A stretch of 64,000 nucleotides of DNA from Escherichia coli (GTDB lineage Bacteria; Pseudomonadota; Gammaproteobacteria; Enterobacterales; Enterobacteriaceae), in the NCBI RefSeq assembly GCF_016903815.1, contig NZ_CP069973.1. One strand, written 5' to 3'. Below the pieces are notes generated by a model, which had not been told where the DNA came from, made no database searches, and saw nothing but the letters and a program-made list of their open reading frames with translations. Shown piece after piece: positions 36,120-46,357 of this stretch. The translations under genes and the position numbers were made by a program. Each line of letters begins with the position of its first letter. Positions within the stretch are counted from its first letter, which is position 1.

Positions 36120-36810
36120 CTCTTACCAGCCGCGCCCTAACAGGCGCACACGATCTGACATTTGCATCCAACTTCGTTACTTACGGCCCGTAAACGGGCT
36201 GCCCGGATAGGGAATCGATAACTGCTCTCCCATTTTATCCTCTTCAAGCTGGTGCTTTATGTAATCCTGTATCTTCGCCGTGTTCTTACCCACTGTATCG
36301 ACGTAGTACCCTCTGCACCAGAACTCCCTGTTCCTGTATTTGAATTTCAAATCACCAAACTGCTCGTAAAGCATCAGACTGCTTTTCCCTTTCAGATATC
36401 CCATAAACCCGGATACGCTCATTTTGGGCGGGATCTCCACAAGCATATGGATATGATCTGCACAGCATTCAGCTTCCAGAATCCGTACGCTTTTCCACTC
36501 ACACAGCTTTCTCAAAATACTGCCTATTGCTCTACGCTTCTCTCTGTAGAACACCTGTCTTCGGTATTTTGGCGCAAAAACTATGTGATATTTACAGTTC
36601 CATCGGGTGTGCGCTAAGCTCTTTTCGTTCCCCATTGGGACCCCCTTTTGATTTCTTGTTTGACACTTGCAGTTGCCAGACCGCAAGGTGTTTTAACAAA
36701 TCAAAAGGGGTTTTAATAACTGGCTCAAAGCTGAAAGCTTTCCGGAACCCCCAGCCTAGCTGGGGGTTTTCTGTGCACAATAAAAAACCCGCCTGAGCGG
36801 GTTTGAGATT
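36120..36810 (-). mobile_element. IS200-like insertion sequence (approximate bounds)
   Basis: 152-aa Y1 transposase with hairpins upstream (acccccagcctagctgggggtttt, aacccgcctgagcgggttt); about 0.7 kb, typical of IS200. Confidence 0.55.
36177..36635 (-). CDS. tnpA: IS200/IS605-family transposase TnpA (Y1 HUH)
   Basis: MGNEKSLAHTRWNCKYHIVFAPKYRRQ...HIHMLVEIPPK...; HUH motif (HIHML) and catalytic Tyr region. Confidence 0.85.
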   Translation of the reverse strand: MGNEKSLAHTRWNCKYHIVFAPKYRRQVFYREKRRAIGSILRKLCEWKSVRILEAECCADHIHMLVEIPPKMSVSGFMGYLKGKSSLMLYEQFGDLKFKYRNREFWCRGYYVDTVGKNTAKIQDYIKHQLEEDKMGEQLSIPYPGSPFTGRK

Positions 36811-37085
36811 GTGGTGCTTTTTGTGGGAGTCATCCACTTACGCACTTTGTTTTGCCATGCCAGCAGTTAGCTTCTGCTGTAAAACTATTCATGCAGCAAA
36901 CCTGCACTTCACCACAATGGTTAGCATACTTTTCCTGATTAAGATTTTGCCAAATATGCTAGCCATTGTTTCATGTATTGGACCTCCTTACTTTTTATTA
37001 AAGAGATCCAATATTCACTACTCTGTCCGTATCTCTACTCAGGCATCAGCCTTCTTCGTTATCGTATACAGACGAGCGATGAATT

Positions 37086-37301
37086 TTAATCAGTAATGAT
37101 GACATTTGCTGCTGCAGGACCTTTAGCACCACTCTCTATAGAGAAGGTAACCTTTTGACCTTCAAATAAGGTTCGATAATTATCATTCTGAATCGCAGAA
37201 AAATGCACAAACACATCTTTACTACCATCAACAGGAGAAATAAAGCCGAAACCTTTATCAGCGTTAAACCATTTTACTAAACCAGTCATTTTATTTGACA
37301 T
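37086..37301 (-). CDS. cspB: Cold shock protein CspB-like
   Basis: [23 protein letters not shown]..., 71 aa. Confidence 0.85.
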   Translation of the reverse strand: MSNKMTGLVKWFNADKGFGFISPVDGSKDVFVHFSAIQNDNYRTLFEGQKVTFSIESGAKGPAAANVIITD

Positions 37302-37601
37302 TCTACATTCCTTAACTTGAGCCTTTCGGCATAAATGGTTTGCATAACAGAAACGACTTCGTACTTAATTGGAGAGACTCAAAGAAGGAATAAGTGAATA
37401 ACACCTGAAATGAGAACTGCTTTAGTAAACTACTTCGTATATCGTCTGTTCTTCAAACCGACGCAATCATTAACGCATAGTTGAACATATGAAGCAATGT
37501 TTATTTTAGACATCCAGCCATCTTCAACCCCATCAAAAAACTATAGCTTTCTTCAGGAACGTGTGTATAGTGCGCCAAGTTATCAGTATTAAGGAATTTT
37601 T

Positions 37602-37814
37602 TTGTCCCGTAAAATGACAGGAATTGTCAAAACCTTTGACGGCAAAAGCGGCAAGGGTCTTATCACCCCATCCGATGGTCGTATCGATGTCCAGCTTCAT
37701 GTTTCAGCGCTCAATCTCCGCGATGCAGAAGAAATTACCACCGGATTACGCGTGGAATTTTGCCGGATAAATGGTCTGCGTGGCCCTTCAGCTGCCAATG
37801 TTTACCTTTCATGA
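37602..37814 (+). CDS. cspF: Cold shock-like protein CspF-like
   Basis: [23 protein letters not shown]..., 70 aa. Confidence 0.8.
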
Positions 37815-38235
37815 GCTATATTAAAGCTTTAATTTCAGGCCCCATCGGATCACACATGGAGAGTTTTTATGAATAACCCCGTCTGTCTTGATGACTGGTT
37901 GATTGGCTTTAAAAGCTTATGCTGTACTTTGGCCGTAATAGCTCTGCTAATAATATAATAAGCAGACTCATTGTGTTTAGGGACATTGTACTGGAAGAAA
38001 ACATTTTAAACATCAGGCAAATAACCAAGTCACCAGCTAAATAATAAGTTAACAGACATGAGTCCCGGGATGAGATTCAACATTACCATTGCCCCATTTA
38101 AAGCACAAAACCCGCTCATCAGCGGGTTTTCTACTTTTTCTTAACGTCGGGTATACAAAGCCCATCGTTGAAAAAATTTTATCCATATTTTTTGAAAAAT
38201 GCAAACATCATGTCGCCATCTTCAGCAAAAATCAT

Positions 38236-38988
38236 TTATCTCGTCACCTTCCTCAATTGCGCTTCCGCGTATGCTTCTTCCTGCCAGCACTTTGTTACCA
38301 GTTTACCAATGACGTCCGCATACCCCTTATACCACTGATAATCGGTCAGGTCTGGTACCAGCTTCTGGACATGACGTCGTGCCAGCGTGGTCGGTAAACG
38401 ACTAAACCGGTTTCCATTACAACGCCCACAAATCTTATATACCGGTACGCCATGAAACCGGGTTCTTTTTTCATCCAGAACAATCCCTTTACCCTTACAC
38501 CCTCTGCACGCTGTGCTGGCTTCGCCCTTACCATGGCAATGCTGACATAGTTCCTTCACCCATTCTTCCTTGATTACAGATTCCCCGCGTCTGTAGTGTT
38601 TCACCACTTCGCGCAATACATTATAAAATCCCGTACCTGAACAATGCTCACAGCGAGCCTTACTTGCCGCAGACCTGGAGTAATCAGCAAAGGCAAAACT
38701 CACGAGGTAAGGAATAATCTGTAACCGGATTTCTTCACTCAATTTGTTCAATGTCGGGTTATCCAGTGCCATCGCGTAATTTAGCAGGCCTTCAATCGCA
38801 AACTGAGGGTCCTGAACACCAACTTTTGCCAGAAATAAGGCCAACCCAAGTGGTGCTTTCGACTGCACCATCCCCTGCGCTGCCATTACATCCGTAATTG
38901 TTAAACAACCGGTGCCTGTCGCTGGAGCGTCATCGCTCAATTTTGGAGATTTTGGGGAGTAATATTTTGGTAAGGCTTCAAGGTTCAT
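38236..38988 (-). CDS. quuQ: Late gene antiterminator Q (zinc-binding)
   Basis: MNLEALPKYYSPK... with CxxC pairs (CEHCSGTG, CQHCHGKG, CRGCKGKG); positioned upstream of the lysis cassette. Confidence 0.8.
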   Translation of the reverse strand: MNLEALPKYYSPKSPKLSDDAPATGTGCLTITDVMAAQGMVQSKAPLGLALFLAKVGVQDPQFAIEGLLNYAMALDNPTLNKLSEEIRLQIIPYLVSFAFADYSRSAASKARCEHCSGTGFYNVLREVVKHYRRGESVIKEEWVKELCQHCHGKGEASTACRGCKGKGIVLDEKRTRFHGVPVYKICGRCNGNRFSRLPTTLARRHVQKLVPDLTDYQWYKGYADVIGKLVTKCWQEEAYAEAQLRKVTR

Positions 38989-39001
38989 GCTCGTTCTCCA
39001 C

Positions 39002-40090
39002 TTACGCCAGTACGCCAATTGTCAGCGCGCGATCGATAAAACGAAATATCAGCTCCAGTTGGGAGCCATACTTATCTTCAAATGCCACTGTATCCGTATG
39101 CAGCTCGTTGTGATGCTTTCTGCACAAAGGCAACACAAAGAGATCATGTGCTTTTGTTCCCATTCCGCCCTGCCCGTGACCAATCAGATGATGCGGATCG
39201 TCGGCTGGCATACCGCAGCAAGCACACGGCTGTGTCTTAACCCAACGTGTGTATTTCTCCTTAACCCAGCGGCGACGTTTAGGCAGCTTCATGAAAGATT
39301 CCGGAGACTCTGGATCAACGGTGATGCTTACCACCGTCTTTTCCTGTGGTGATTTTTGTTGCTGGTGGGCGTAAGGCAACGGTGCAAGATTTTTTGTGCG
39401 TTGTTTCAATATGCTGGTGGCGGTCTGCTCTCCCGGTACGATGTCGCTTTCGCGGTACACCGAGCAGATTTTTTCCGCTGGTAATCCCAGCGAACGACGC
39501 GATACAGCCTCAGGTAGTGCATCCACCACCTGATTGCAGACCGCCCACCAGGATAATTCAGCCAAAGATAATTCCCGCTCCTGCGTACCGCTTATTGCGT
39601 GACGGATGACGTCAATCACCCATGCTGTCAGATTTTGTTGAGCAAGCAGCTCCAGTGATTCCGATGTCTGGTCACGCAGTTGGTTGTCGCAGTGCCAGCA
39701 CAACACCATTGCGCCGGTACCATAACGGTGAATGACTGTTTCAGTGTGATGGTAATCGCCATTAGGCCACTGGCAGGATGTAACATGACGTAATAGCCAG
39801 TCGGACAATGCGCCAACGCCGCCAGCAGCACGAATCACCCGTTCGTTACTAAAAAACGGCAGCAATGTTTTGTCTTCCGCCAGCGGCTGGCGAACGGCAG
39901 GAACGACTCCGGATGGCAGATTACGCATGCTTTTTGGTTCCGGTTCCACCAGCACTCGAGGATTATGAAATATCTGTATGGATTCACGGCCCGGCTTAAG
40001 GACCACCAGCCCAAGCTCAGGCACCAGAACAGGTCTAAGTAATACCCGCACGTTACCTCCAGATCCGTTGCTGGAAAGTGCGGGACGCAC
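39002..40090 (-). CDS. ydfU: DUF968-family prophage protein YdfU-like
   Basis: 362-aa ORF with C-terminal Cys/His motifs (PCACCG...HHLIGHG...CRKHH), Qin ydfU position. Confidence 0.7.
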   Translation of the reverse strand: MRPALSSNGSGGNVRVLLRPVLVPELGLVVLKPGRESIQIFHNPRVLVEPEPKSMRNLPSGVVPAVRQPLAEDKTLLPFFSNERVIRAAGGVGALSDWLLRHVTSCQWPNGDYHHTETVIHRYGTGAMVLCWHCDNQLRDQTSESLELLAQQNLTAWVIDVIRHAISGTQERELSLAELSWWAVCNQVVDALPEAVSRRSLGLPAEKICSVYRESDIVPGEQTATSILKQRTKNLAPLPYAHQQQKSPQEKTVVSITVDPESPESFMKLPKRRRWVKEKYTRWVKTQPCACCGMPADDPHHLIGHGQGGMGTKAHDLFVLPLCRKHHNELHTDTVAFEDKYGSQLELIFRFIDRALTIGVLA

Positions 40091-40331
40091 GTGGTGGGCG
40101 TTCGGAATAAGGCAGCCTGACAGAGATTATCCAGTGCCGATAGTCGAGACTGAGAGCTTTCTTAACCTCGAACCCGCGCCTGCGGTAAGAATGAATCAGC
40201 CATTCGGCCTGTTCTGCAGTGCATGGAGGGTGCTGGAACCATTCAGACTTGAATGCGTGAGAATACCGCCCGTGCGTGCAGGCAAGAACGGGCGAATTAT
40301 CAGAATTGTAATATTTTGCGTTGCGTGCCAT
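40053..40331 (-). CDS. rem: Small prophage protein Rem-like
   Basis: 92-aa ORF downstream of the hok/rel cluster and upstream of ydfU. Confidence 0.5.
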   Translation of the reverse strand: MARNAKYYNSDNSPVLACTHGRYSHAFKSEWFQHPPCTAEQAEWLIHSYRRRGFEVKKALSLDYRHWIISVRLPYSERPPRASRTFQQRIWR

Positions 40332-40397
40332 CGGTTTTCTCCGGTGGCACGGTGTTACTCAGCGGGAGTTCAGCCCCGCGCAAGATTGTAGATGAGT

Positions 40398-40649
40398 TTA
40401 TTCTCCTGAAAAAGCAGAAAAGCCAGCTTTTATTCCGATCTCTTTCAATGCCTGTAATGAAGTGACAAACTCACCTTCGCGCAAGATAAATCCGTCCGTG
40501 ACCCGAGCATCCACAAAATTAATTAACGCAGCCCCATTCTTTCGCAAACACATAATGCGGTAATGACTAACAAGATTTCCATTTTCAACGCACACAGCAT
40601 AGAGGCCATCTTCACAAAAAATTTTACGCAGTTCTTCGATGTTCATCAT
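40398..40649 (-). CDS. Hypothetical small protein
   Basis: 83-aa ORF between hokD and rem; no family recognised. Confidence 0.4.
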   Translation of the reverse strand: MMNIEELRKIFCEDGLYAVCVENGNLVSHYRIMCLRKNGAALINFVDARVTDGFILREGEFVTSLQALKEIGIKAGFSAFSGE

Positions 40650-40865
40650 CAGAATCCTTCCGGATAATTAGCTCTCCCCTTTAAGGGACCATCCCTCTTA
40701 TCCCTGCGCGCTACTTAAGTATTTTTGATTCTATTCCGGCACCGTCCAGAACTTCAAACGCGTTGAAAATAAAAACAAAAACCCGCCGAAGCGGGTTAAG
40801 TGCGGGTGCGTTGAGGATGCCTGCCACATCAGAGGTGGCGAGGGATTTCTCCCCCGCCGGGTCTC

Positions 40866-41021
40866 TTACTCCTCAGGTTCGTAAGCTGTGAAGACAGCGA
40901 CCTCCGTCTGGCCGGTTCGGATTCGTACCTCGCAGAGGTCTTTCCTCGTTACCAGTGCCGTCACTATGACGGTTAAACAGATGACGATCAGGGCGATTAA
41001 CATCGCCTTTTGCTGCTTCAT
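40866..41021 (-). CDS. hokD: Hok-family toxin HokD (RelF)
   Basis: Minus-strand translation MKQQKAMLIALIVICLTVIVTALVTRKDLCEVRIRTGQTEVAVFTAYEPEE (51 aa), not in the ORF track. Confidence 0.85.
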   Translation of the reverse strand: MKQQKAMLIALIVICLTVIVTALVTRKDLCEVRIRTGQTEVAVFTAYEPEE

Positions 41022-41092
41022 AGCCTGCTTCTCCTGTCAACGCAAAGCAGAAGTGTCACCTTCGGTGCGAAACAGAGATGTCATGCTTTGGT

Positions 41093-41380
41093 TCAGAGAA
41101 TGCGTTTGACCGCCTCGCTATATACTTCCGAGCGTTCTCTTTTCCCAACAGAAATCACGAAAACGACAACTTTCTCGTCTATAACCTGGTATACAAGGCG
41201 ATAGCCTGAAGACCGGAGCTTAATCTTGTAACAATCAGGCATACCACGGAGCTTGTTTGCTTCAATCCGGGGTGACTCAAGTACTTCAACCAGCTTCTTT
41301 TTCAACTGTTCACGTACCGTCGAGCCCAGCTTTCGCCATTCCTTTAGTGCCCGCTCGTCAAAATCCAGAAAATACGCCAT
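41093..41380 (-). CDS. relE: mRNA interferase toxin RelE
   Basis: MAYFLDFDERALKEWRKLGSTVREQLKKKLVEVLE..., 95 aa. Confidence 0.9.
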   Translation of the reverse strand: MAYFLDFDERALKEWRKLGSTVREQLKKKLVEVLESPRIEANKLRGMPDCYKIKLRSSGYRLVYQVIDEKVVVFVISVGKRERSEVYSEAVKRIL

Positions 41381-41619
41381 CAGAGTTCATCCAGCGTCAC
41401 ACGTACTGGCTTAGGATTACGAAGCCGTTCTTTCACTATCTCCACAAGTTCAGCATCTTCATCACTCAGGAGTGTCTGTTTGAACGGCAAGCGTTCATTG
41501 TCAGCGATATACTCGAGCATGAGACGAAGCGCTTCAGAAGGAGTTACACCCATTTTTTCAAGCGCGGCGTAAGAACGCGCTTTAAGTTCATCGTCAATAC
41601 GCAGGTTAATGCTACCCAT
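41380..41619 (-). CDS. relB: Antitoxin RelB
   Basis: MGSINLRIDDELKARSYAALEKMGVTPSEALRL..., 79 aa; 1-nt overlap with relE. Confidence 0.9.
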   Translation of the reverse strand: MGSINLRIDDELKARSYAALEKMGVTPSEALRLMLEYIADNERLPFKQTLLSDEDAELVEIVKERLRNPKPVRVTLDEL

Positions 41620-41643
41620 GTCTTACACCTCTTGTAATTACAA

Positions 41644-41949
41644 ATGTCATTACAAGTATCGCACTACAACATGCTTAGGGCAAGTCACGAAGGAAGTCAG
41701 AAAGTAGTCGTAAGAACGGTGATCACTGTCCGCTTTGTGCCAGGAGCAGCCATTGCTAAGTCCATCCTGTATTGTGCAGGTCAGCTCGTTTTTAAAGAGT
41801 CCGGCCATCATCTTACTGGTACAGACACCATATACTTTGTGACGGTCAGGCTACATATGCACAACTCAACTTATTCATCTATTTTTTGCTTTAGCATGTC
41901 AGTGTTGCTTTCTCGTCGGCGGGTGAGCGGTGACCTGACCTGTCGATAA
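41644..41949 (+). CDS. ydfV: Hypothetical protein, YdfV-position
   Basis: 101-aa ORF between relB and flxA; positional assignment only. Confidence 0.4.
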   Translation: MSLQVSHYNMLRASHEGSQKVVVRTVITVRFVPGAAIAKSILYCAGQLVFKESGHHLTGTDTIYFVTVRLHMHNSTYSSIFCFSMSVLLSRRRVSGDLTCR

Positions 41950-42151
41950 AGGAACGTAACACGTTTTATGCAACACCCGCATGCGGCAGAAAATTATTGC
42001 CGAACGTTTACCCCTGTCAACAAGCTTTACTTTCTGAGGCGCGCCAGCCCGCGAGGAAAACAATCTGAACATCAAACAATTAATGACACAAGAAATACGA
42101 TTAAAGATTTTTTTGTGCATGCCGATAGTGCTTTTTTAAAAGGAGAAATCT

Positions 42152-42484
42152 ATGTCTGTCACAATTCAGGGAAATACCTCAACCGTTATTTCAAACAACT
42201 CCGCCCCGGAAGGAACATCAGAAATAGCCAAAATCACAAGACAAATTCAGGTGCTGACTGAAAAGCTTGGGAAAATCTCATCGGAAGAGGGGATGACGAC
42301 ACAGCAGAAAAAAGAAATGGCTGCATTGGTACAGAAGCAAATTGAAAGCCTCTGGGCTCAACTGGAGCAGTTGTTAAGGCAGCAGGCAGAGAAAAAGAAT
42401 GAAGACGCGACAGTTCAGCCTGATAAAAAAGAAGAGAAAAAAGACGATACAAATACCGCTGGCACCATTGATATTTACGTCTAA
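42152..42484 (+). CDS. flxA: FlxA-like protein
   Basis: 110-aa ORF MSVTIQGNTSTVISNNSAPEGTSEIAKITRQIQVLTEKL... Confidence 0.8.
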   Translation: MSVTIQGNTSTVISNNSAPEGTSEIAKITRQIQVLTEKLGKISSEEGMTTQQKKEMAALVQKQIESLWAQLEQLLRQQAEKKNEDATVQPDKKEEKKDDTNTAGTIDIYV

Positions 42485-42879
42485 GTGACAGCCGTATTGT
42501 GGCCCTCATCGGGCCACTTTTCGCCATCAGCCTTTTCTTTAAAGACATATTATCTTTGTATCATTTCTGATAGTTAACATTACAAGATATAAGTAATGGA
42601 CGCACTCCCAATTAGTCTATTTAAATCGCCACGAGTTTAACTGACAACCCATGATCAATTATGAATTGCAACTATTTCTGTAGTCACTTTTGTGGGGACA
42701 GTCCACAAAACTGCCAACTTCCGCTTCTTGCTCTTAGCGGACATTAGCATAGGCTATTTACCATAACGCCTCATTACGCGCACCGCCCAGACTGACTCAG
42801 CGCGTTTCTGGCATATCCCCGGTAAAACAAGTAACAAACCACCCGAAAATGAACACCAGAAACGCGACTTAAGAATCTA

Positions 42880-44300
42880 CCCTATGAATGGATATGCACT
42901 CAACCGAATCGATCTTGGTTTCAATCTTTTTTATCGGGATCAGGCTTCTTTTTAGGTAACTTCGGGGGCTTAACTTGCTGATGACTTTGCGTTCGGCGCG
43001 TAAGCCAGGGATGGTCAGCTTTAGGTTTAACATAGTATTTTGAGCGTAAATCAATACGGGCATTATCCACTCGTTCATGGACACTCTTTTCATCATCCAG
43101 TGGTATAGGCTCCGGGCCATCAACATACTTTTCCCAGCCCAGCGCTTTCCCGTCATACAGAACGTTAATTTCACCGTCAAAGTTCTCGCATACAGTAACA
43201 ACCGAATGCCTAAGTCGATATCCCCGGCCCTCACTGCGTACCTGAAACGCACTGCTTTTGTACTGGAAAGTGAGATTTTTAGACAGAACGCGCTTCGCCT
43301 GTAGGCTGAAGATATAACCCAGTTCCTCTTCAGAATGGTGCACATCAAGATGAGCATTATCAGTAGTACGAGGCGACGTAGCGAACCGGTTGTTATAGGC
43401 TTCAATAAAGGTCGGCAACCATGCATTTGCTGTTTCAATATCACTGATATTCTGAAGCCGCATTTCTTTGACCAGCCTGTCCTGTAGTGTCTGATTGGCG
43501 CGCTCTACCCGCCCTTTTGCCTGCGGGCTGTTGGCATGGATTGGCTCGATGCCCAGTGTCTTTATCGCACGAGTGAACTGGGTCAGCTCACCTTCCCGCT
43601 CTGGGTTATTTACCCTGAATATACTGTGTCTATCAGAGTAGAGAGCGAGCGGTACGCCATGATCATTAAGGTAACCCCGGAGGGTTTCCATGTAAGCCCG
43701 GGTTGTTTCAGCAGGCACAAAACGCAACGCCATCAACGCACTGGTGGCATCATCAATGAAAACGATCAGTGTACATCTGGGGCCTCGATTTTCAAACCAG
43801 TCATGAGGTGAGCCATCAATCTGGATCAGTTCACCGTAAGATGGTCGTCGCATGCGGCGTTGATATATACGGGCAATTTTACGACGGCGTTCACGCCATA
43901 ACCCCTCTTCTATCATCCACTTTCTGAGAGTTTCAACGGATAAAGATAAACCGTGTATCTCGCGCAATTTTTCGCACGCAAACGTAGGTCCAAAATCAGC
44001 GTAACGGCCTTTGAGGAGTGAAATTACTGTTGCTCTGAATTCAGTAGAAAAGGAATTATTAGGACGCTTTCCACGTCGGTGGGAAACCAGACCAGAAGGC
44101 CCTTCATTTCTATACCGTTGCACCAGACGTTTAACCTGCCGAATAGAAATGCCAATGCGTGCCGCAGCTTGTTCCTGAATAATCTGAAGTCGGTGGAGTT
44201 CCTTATGACTCATCGTAACAGTCTCTTTGATCATGAAAAATCCCCCAGAGAATTGTCTGGGGACATTTTAGAATGGTTCAAAGGGGACATTACAGCTTGG
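42880..44300 (-). mobile_element. IS element with rve-type DDE transposase (IS481-family-like; ends not resolved)
   Basis: Single long transposase ORF; terminal inverted repeats could not be defined by eye. Confidence 0.4.
42921..44213 (-). CDS. DDE transposase, HTH plus integrase-core (rve) domain
   Basis: MSHKELHRLQIIQEQ... N-terminal HTH, central DDE-like core, Lys/Pro-rich tail. Confidence 0.75.
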   Translation of the reverse strand: MSHKELHRLQIIQEQAAARIGISIRQVKRLVQRYRNEGPSGLVSHRRGKRPNNSFSTEFRATVISLLKGRYADFGPTFACEKLREIHGLSLSVETLRKWMIEEGLWRERRRKIARIYQRRMRRPSYGELIQIDGSPHDWFENRGPRCTLIVFIDDATSALMALRFVPAETTRAYMETLRGYLNDHGVPLALYSDRHSIFRVNNPEREGELTQFTRAIKTLGIEPIHANSPQAKGRVERANQTLQDRLVKEMRLQNISDIETANAWLPTFIEAYNNRFATSPRTTDNAHLDVHHSEEELGYIFSLQAKRVLSKNLTFQYKSSAFQVRSEGRGYRLRHSVVTVCENFDGEINVLYDGKALGWEKYVDGPEPIPLDDEKSVHERVDNARIDLRSKYYVKPKADHPWLTRRTQSHQQVKPPKLPKKKPDPDKKD

Positions 44301-44717
44301 TGTTAACAATAGCCTGCTTCTCCGTGCCTTTCGGCACGTAAGAGGCTAACCTACATGTGTCTAGCATGAAATTGGCCTCAGATTAATGTTAAGCGTCTTG
44401 CAGGACGCGTAATGTTAACTGGGGCTTTTCTCTATCTGCCTTTGGTGTTCGTGCCCGAGGCAGATAGCCTCAAGCACCCGCCGTGATTCTACAAAAACAT
44501 TACCCACCTTTCCAGCAATTCACAACAACTCCATGCAAATAGTAAGTAGAATAATAAGTTATTAGTATTAGCAATTTACTTAGTTTCTAATTTGTGCCAA
44601 TGATTTTCATTTTTGCATGAAAAATACCTTAACATTTTATATTTACTTACTATTTGTAAGCCCCATCAGTTCTTTCTGATGGCGGCTGGTATTTCAGTTC
44701 CAGATATAGTATATGCT

Positions 44718-45746
44718 TTACGCCTTAATAGGGTTAATCACATTTCCGCTATCCGTACCATAGTATTTTTTTGTAGTCATGCCTTGTTTATAATAATCAT
44801 TTAACAGTTTGAGAAAGTTTCTTCCTTGCCTCTCATCTTCTATGACTAATTTACCATGCTCATTGGTCTTAAACTCTTCGTTCTGAAACATTTTTAGCAC
44901 ATCATTCATAGCTTGAACATCATTCTTTTCCAGAACCGTATGGTTACCTTTCTCAGCGATATGAGTGAGAATTTTTCTCAGTGATGGCTTATGAAGAATA
45001 GCTTGTTCAATAACATCTAAACCTTCAATAAGATCAAGTTCTTTAATTGTATTTAATGTTTTTTGTGCAGCTTCTGTAAACTCAACCTCCAAGCCTACAA
45101 TAGCCTCAAAACTTTTCTTATGAAATACATAAAATTGATCTTTTATATAAATACAATCGATTTTGTCATCAAAATTGACTGCGCTGCCATCAAATGATCT
45201 TAACTCTTTATCTGTTTTATCAAACAAAGCGAATACGCGCTGAGTCATATTTTGTGGTTCATTTGTTGTGACTTTCCCCCTGCTGATTTTTCGGAAAGAA
45301 TAAGTGACGTCAGCCCCCTTTTGGACTTTAATACAATAGGCCCACAAATCATTCTGAACCTCAGCAAGAGAGGTAAGTACAACTGGTTTATCATTCTTTA
45401 TATCGTTATTAATAACTTTTGAAAACGATATCGCGTTATTCATAGCATAGGCATAAATTTTATTATCAATATCATCATCAATAACAGTATGCTTTTTCAT
45501 CACAATATCATCTTTCGAAGCATGAGAAATAATCTGGTTTGATAAAGTATACTTAAAAAATTTAGCAATATCTGGAGCGATTGGAGCTTTAATGATTTTA
45601 AAATCGAATTTATCAACAACTCTTGCGGTTCTACTCATACCCGCTTTAAGATGTCTAGTAATGAAATACAACGATATTTTCGCCGCATCATCATCCTTAA
45701 GTTGCTCAGCATACTCTAATAATTCTTCAAGCTTTAACATTTTCAT
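44718..45746 (-). CDS. Soluble partner protein of candidate defense operon (KwaB-like by architecture, unverified)
   Basis: 342-aa Lys/Asp-rich AT-rich ORF; start overlaps the stop of the upstream membrane-protein gene (ATGA). Confidence 0.5.
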   Translation of the reverse strand: MKMLKLEELLEYAEQLKDDDAAKISLYFITRHLKAGMSRTARVVDKFDFKIIKAPIAPDIAKFFKYTLSNQIISHASKDDIVMKKHTVIDDDIDNKIYAYAMNNAISFSKVINNDIKNDKPVVLTSLAEVQNDLWAYCIKVQKGADVTYSFRKISRGKVTTNEPQNMTQRVFALFDKTDKELRSFDGSAVNFDDKIDCIYIKDQFYVFHKKSFEAIVGLEVEFTEAAQKTLNTIKELDLIEGLDVIEQAILHKPSLRKILTHIAEKGNHTVLEKNDVQAMNDVLKMFQNEEFKTNEHGKLVIEDERQGRNFLKLLNDYYKQGMTTKKYYGTDSGNVINPIKA

Positions 45747-46357
45747 TCCTTATGGGATTCAGCATAAAAAAGTTTTGGGCCCACGTCCTCAACATCAAGA
45801 AGATCATCTTCCTCCAAATACTTTGATTTAGTCAAAACCATACCAGTGCGTTTTTTGTCGCTTTCTAAATCCAAATATGTAACTTGATATAAAGTATAAT
45901 TAATACTTATTGTAGGATTTATAAGTATCATGCTTGAATTAATATATATTAAAGCCGTTACCGTTAACAATATTGCTATAGGTATAACATTAGTTAAAGT
46001 GGATAGATCCTGAAATACAAACGGAATTATATATGTAAAAAGATAGCTTATTGATTCATTGTTTTTATTTTCAATATCTATAACTCTTACAGTTCTACCA
46101 CTAGTGGCGCATCGACGTTTTATATTTTTTAAAAAAATTGTTAATCCTACAATACCAAATAATGATAATACACCAATGACACTGACCGCGCCAAAGTATT
46201 TAAAGAAAATAGTTAATGATTCAACACTTATACCTTTCCAATTTAAATAGCTTCTATAAGTATACAATTGCACAAAACACATGATAAAGAATAGGGGAAG
46301 GTATGACACTATAAATAGCGAAACTCTAGCACCTAAATGTAGTTTATTTACTCTCAT
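45743..46357 (-). CDS. Four-helix membrane protein of candidate defense operon (KwaA-like by architecture, unverified)
   Basis: 204-aa ORF with four hydrophobic stretches (about residues 12-32, 55-76, 103-115, 124-140) and an acidic C-terminal tail. Confidence 0.5.
   Translation of the reverse strand: MRVNKLHLGARVSLFIVSYLPLFFIMCFVQLYTYRSYLNWKGISVESLTIFFKYFGAVSVIGVLSLFGIVGLTIFLKNIKRRCATSGRTVRVIDIENKNNESISYLFTYIIPFVFQDLSTLTNVIPIAILLTVTALIYINSSMILINPTISINYTLYQVTYLDLESDKKRTGMVLTKSKYLEEDDLLDVEDVGPKLFYAESHKE

Noticed and set aside
37820-38236. Search for tRNA genes downstream of Q, where lambdoid phages often carry them
   Set aside because: No cloverleaf-compatible sequence recognised by eye; only a bidirectional terminator-like hairpin (aaacccgctcatcagcgggtttt) near 38101..38135.
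42850-44300. Attempt to define terminal inverted repeats of the rve-transposase IS
   Set aside because: Only short direct GGGGACA motifs found near both ends; no convincing inverted repeats, so boundaries are left approximate.
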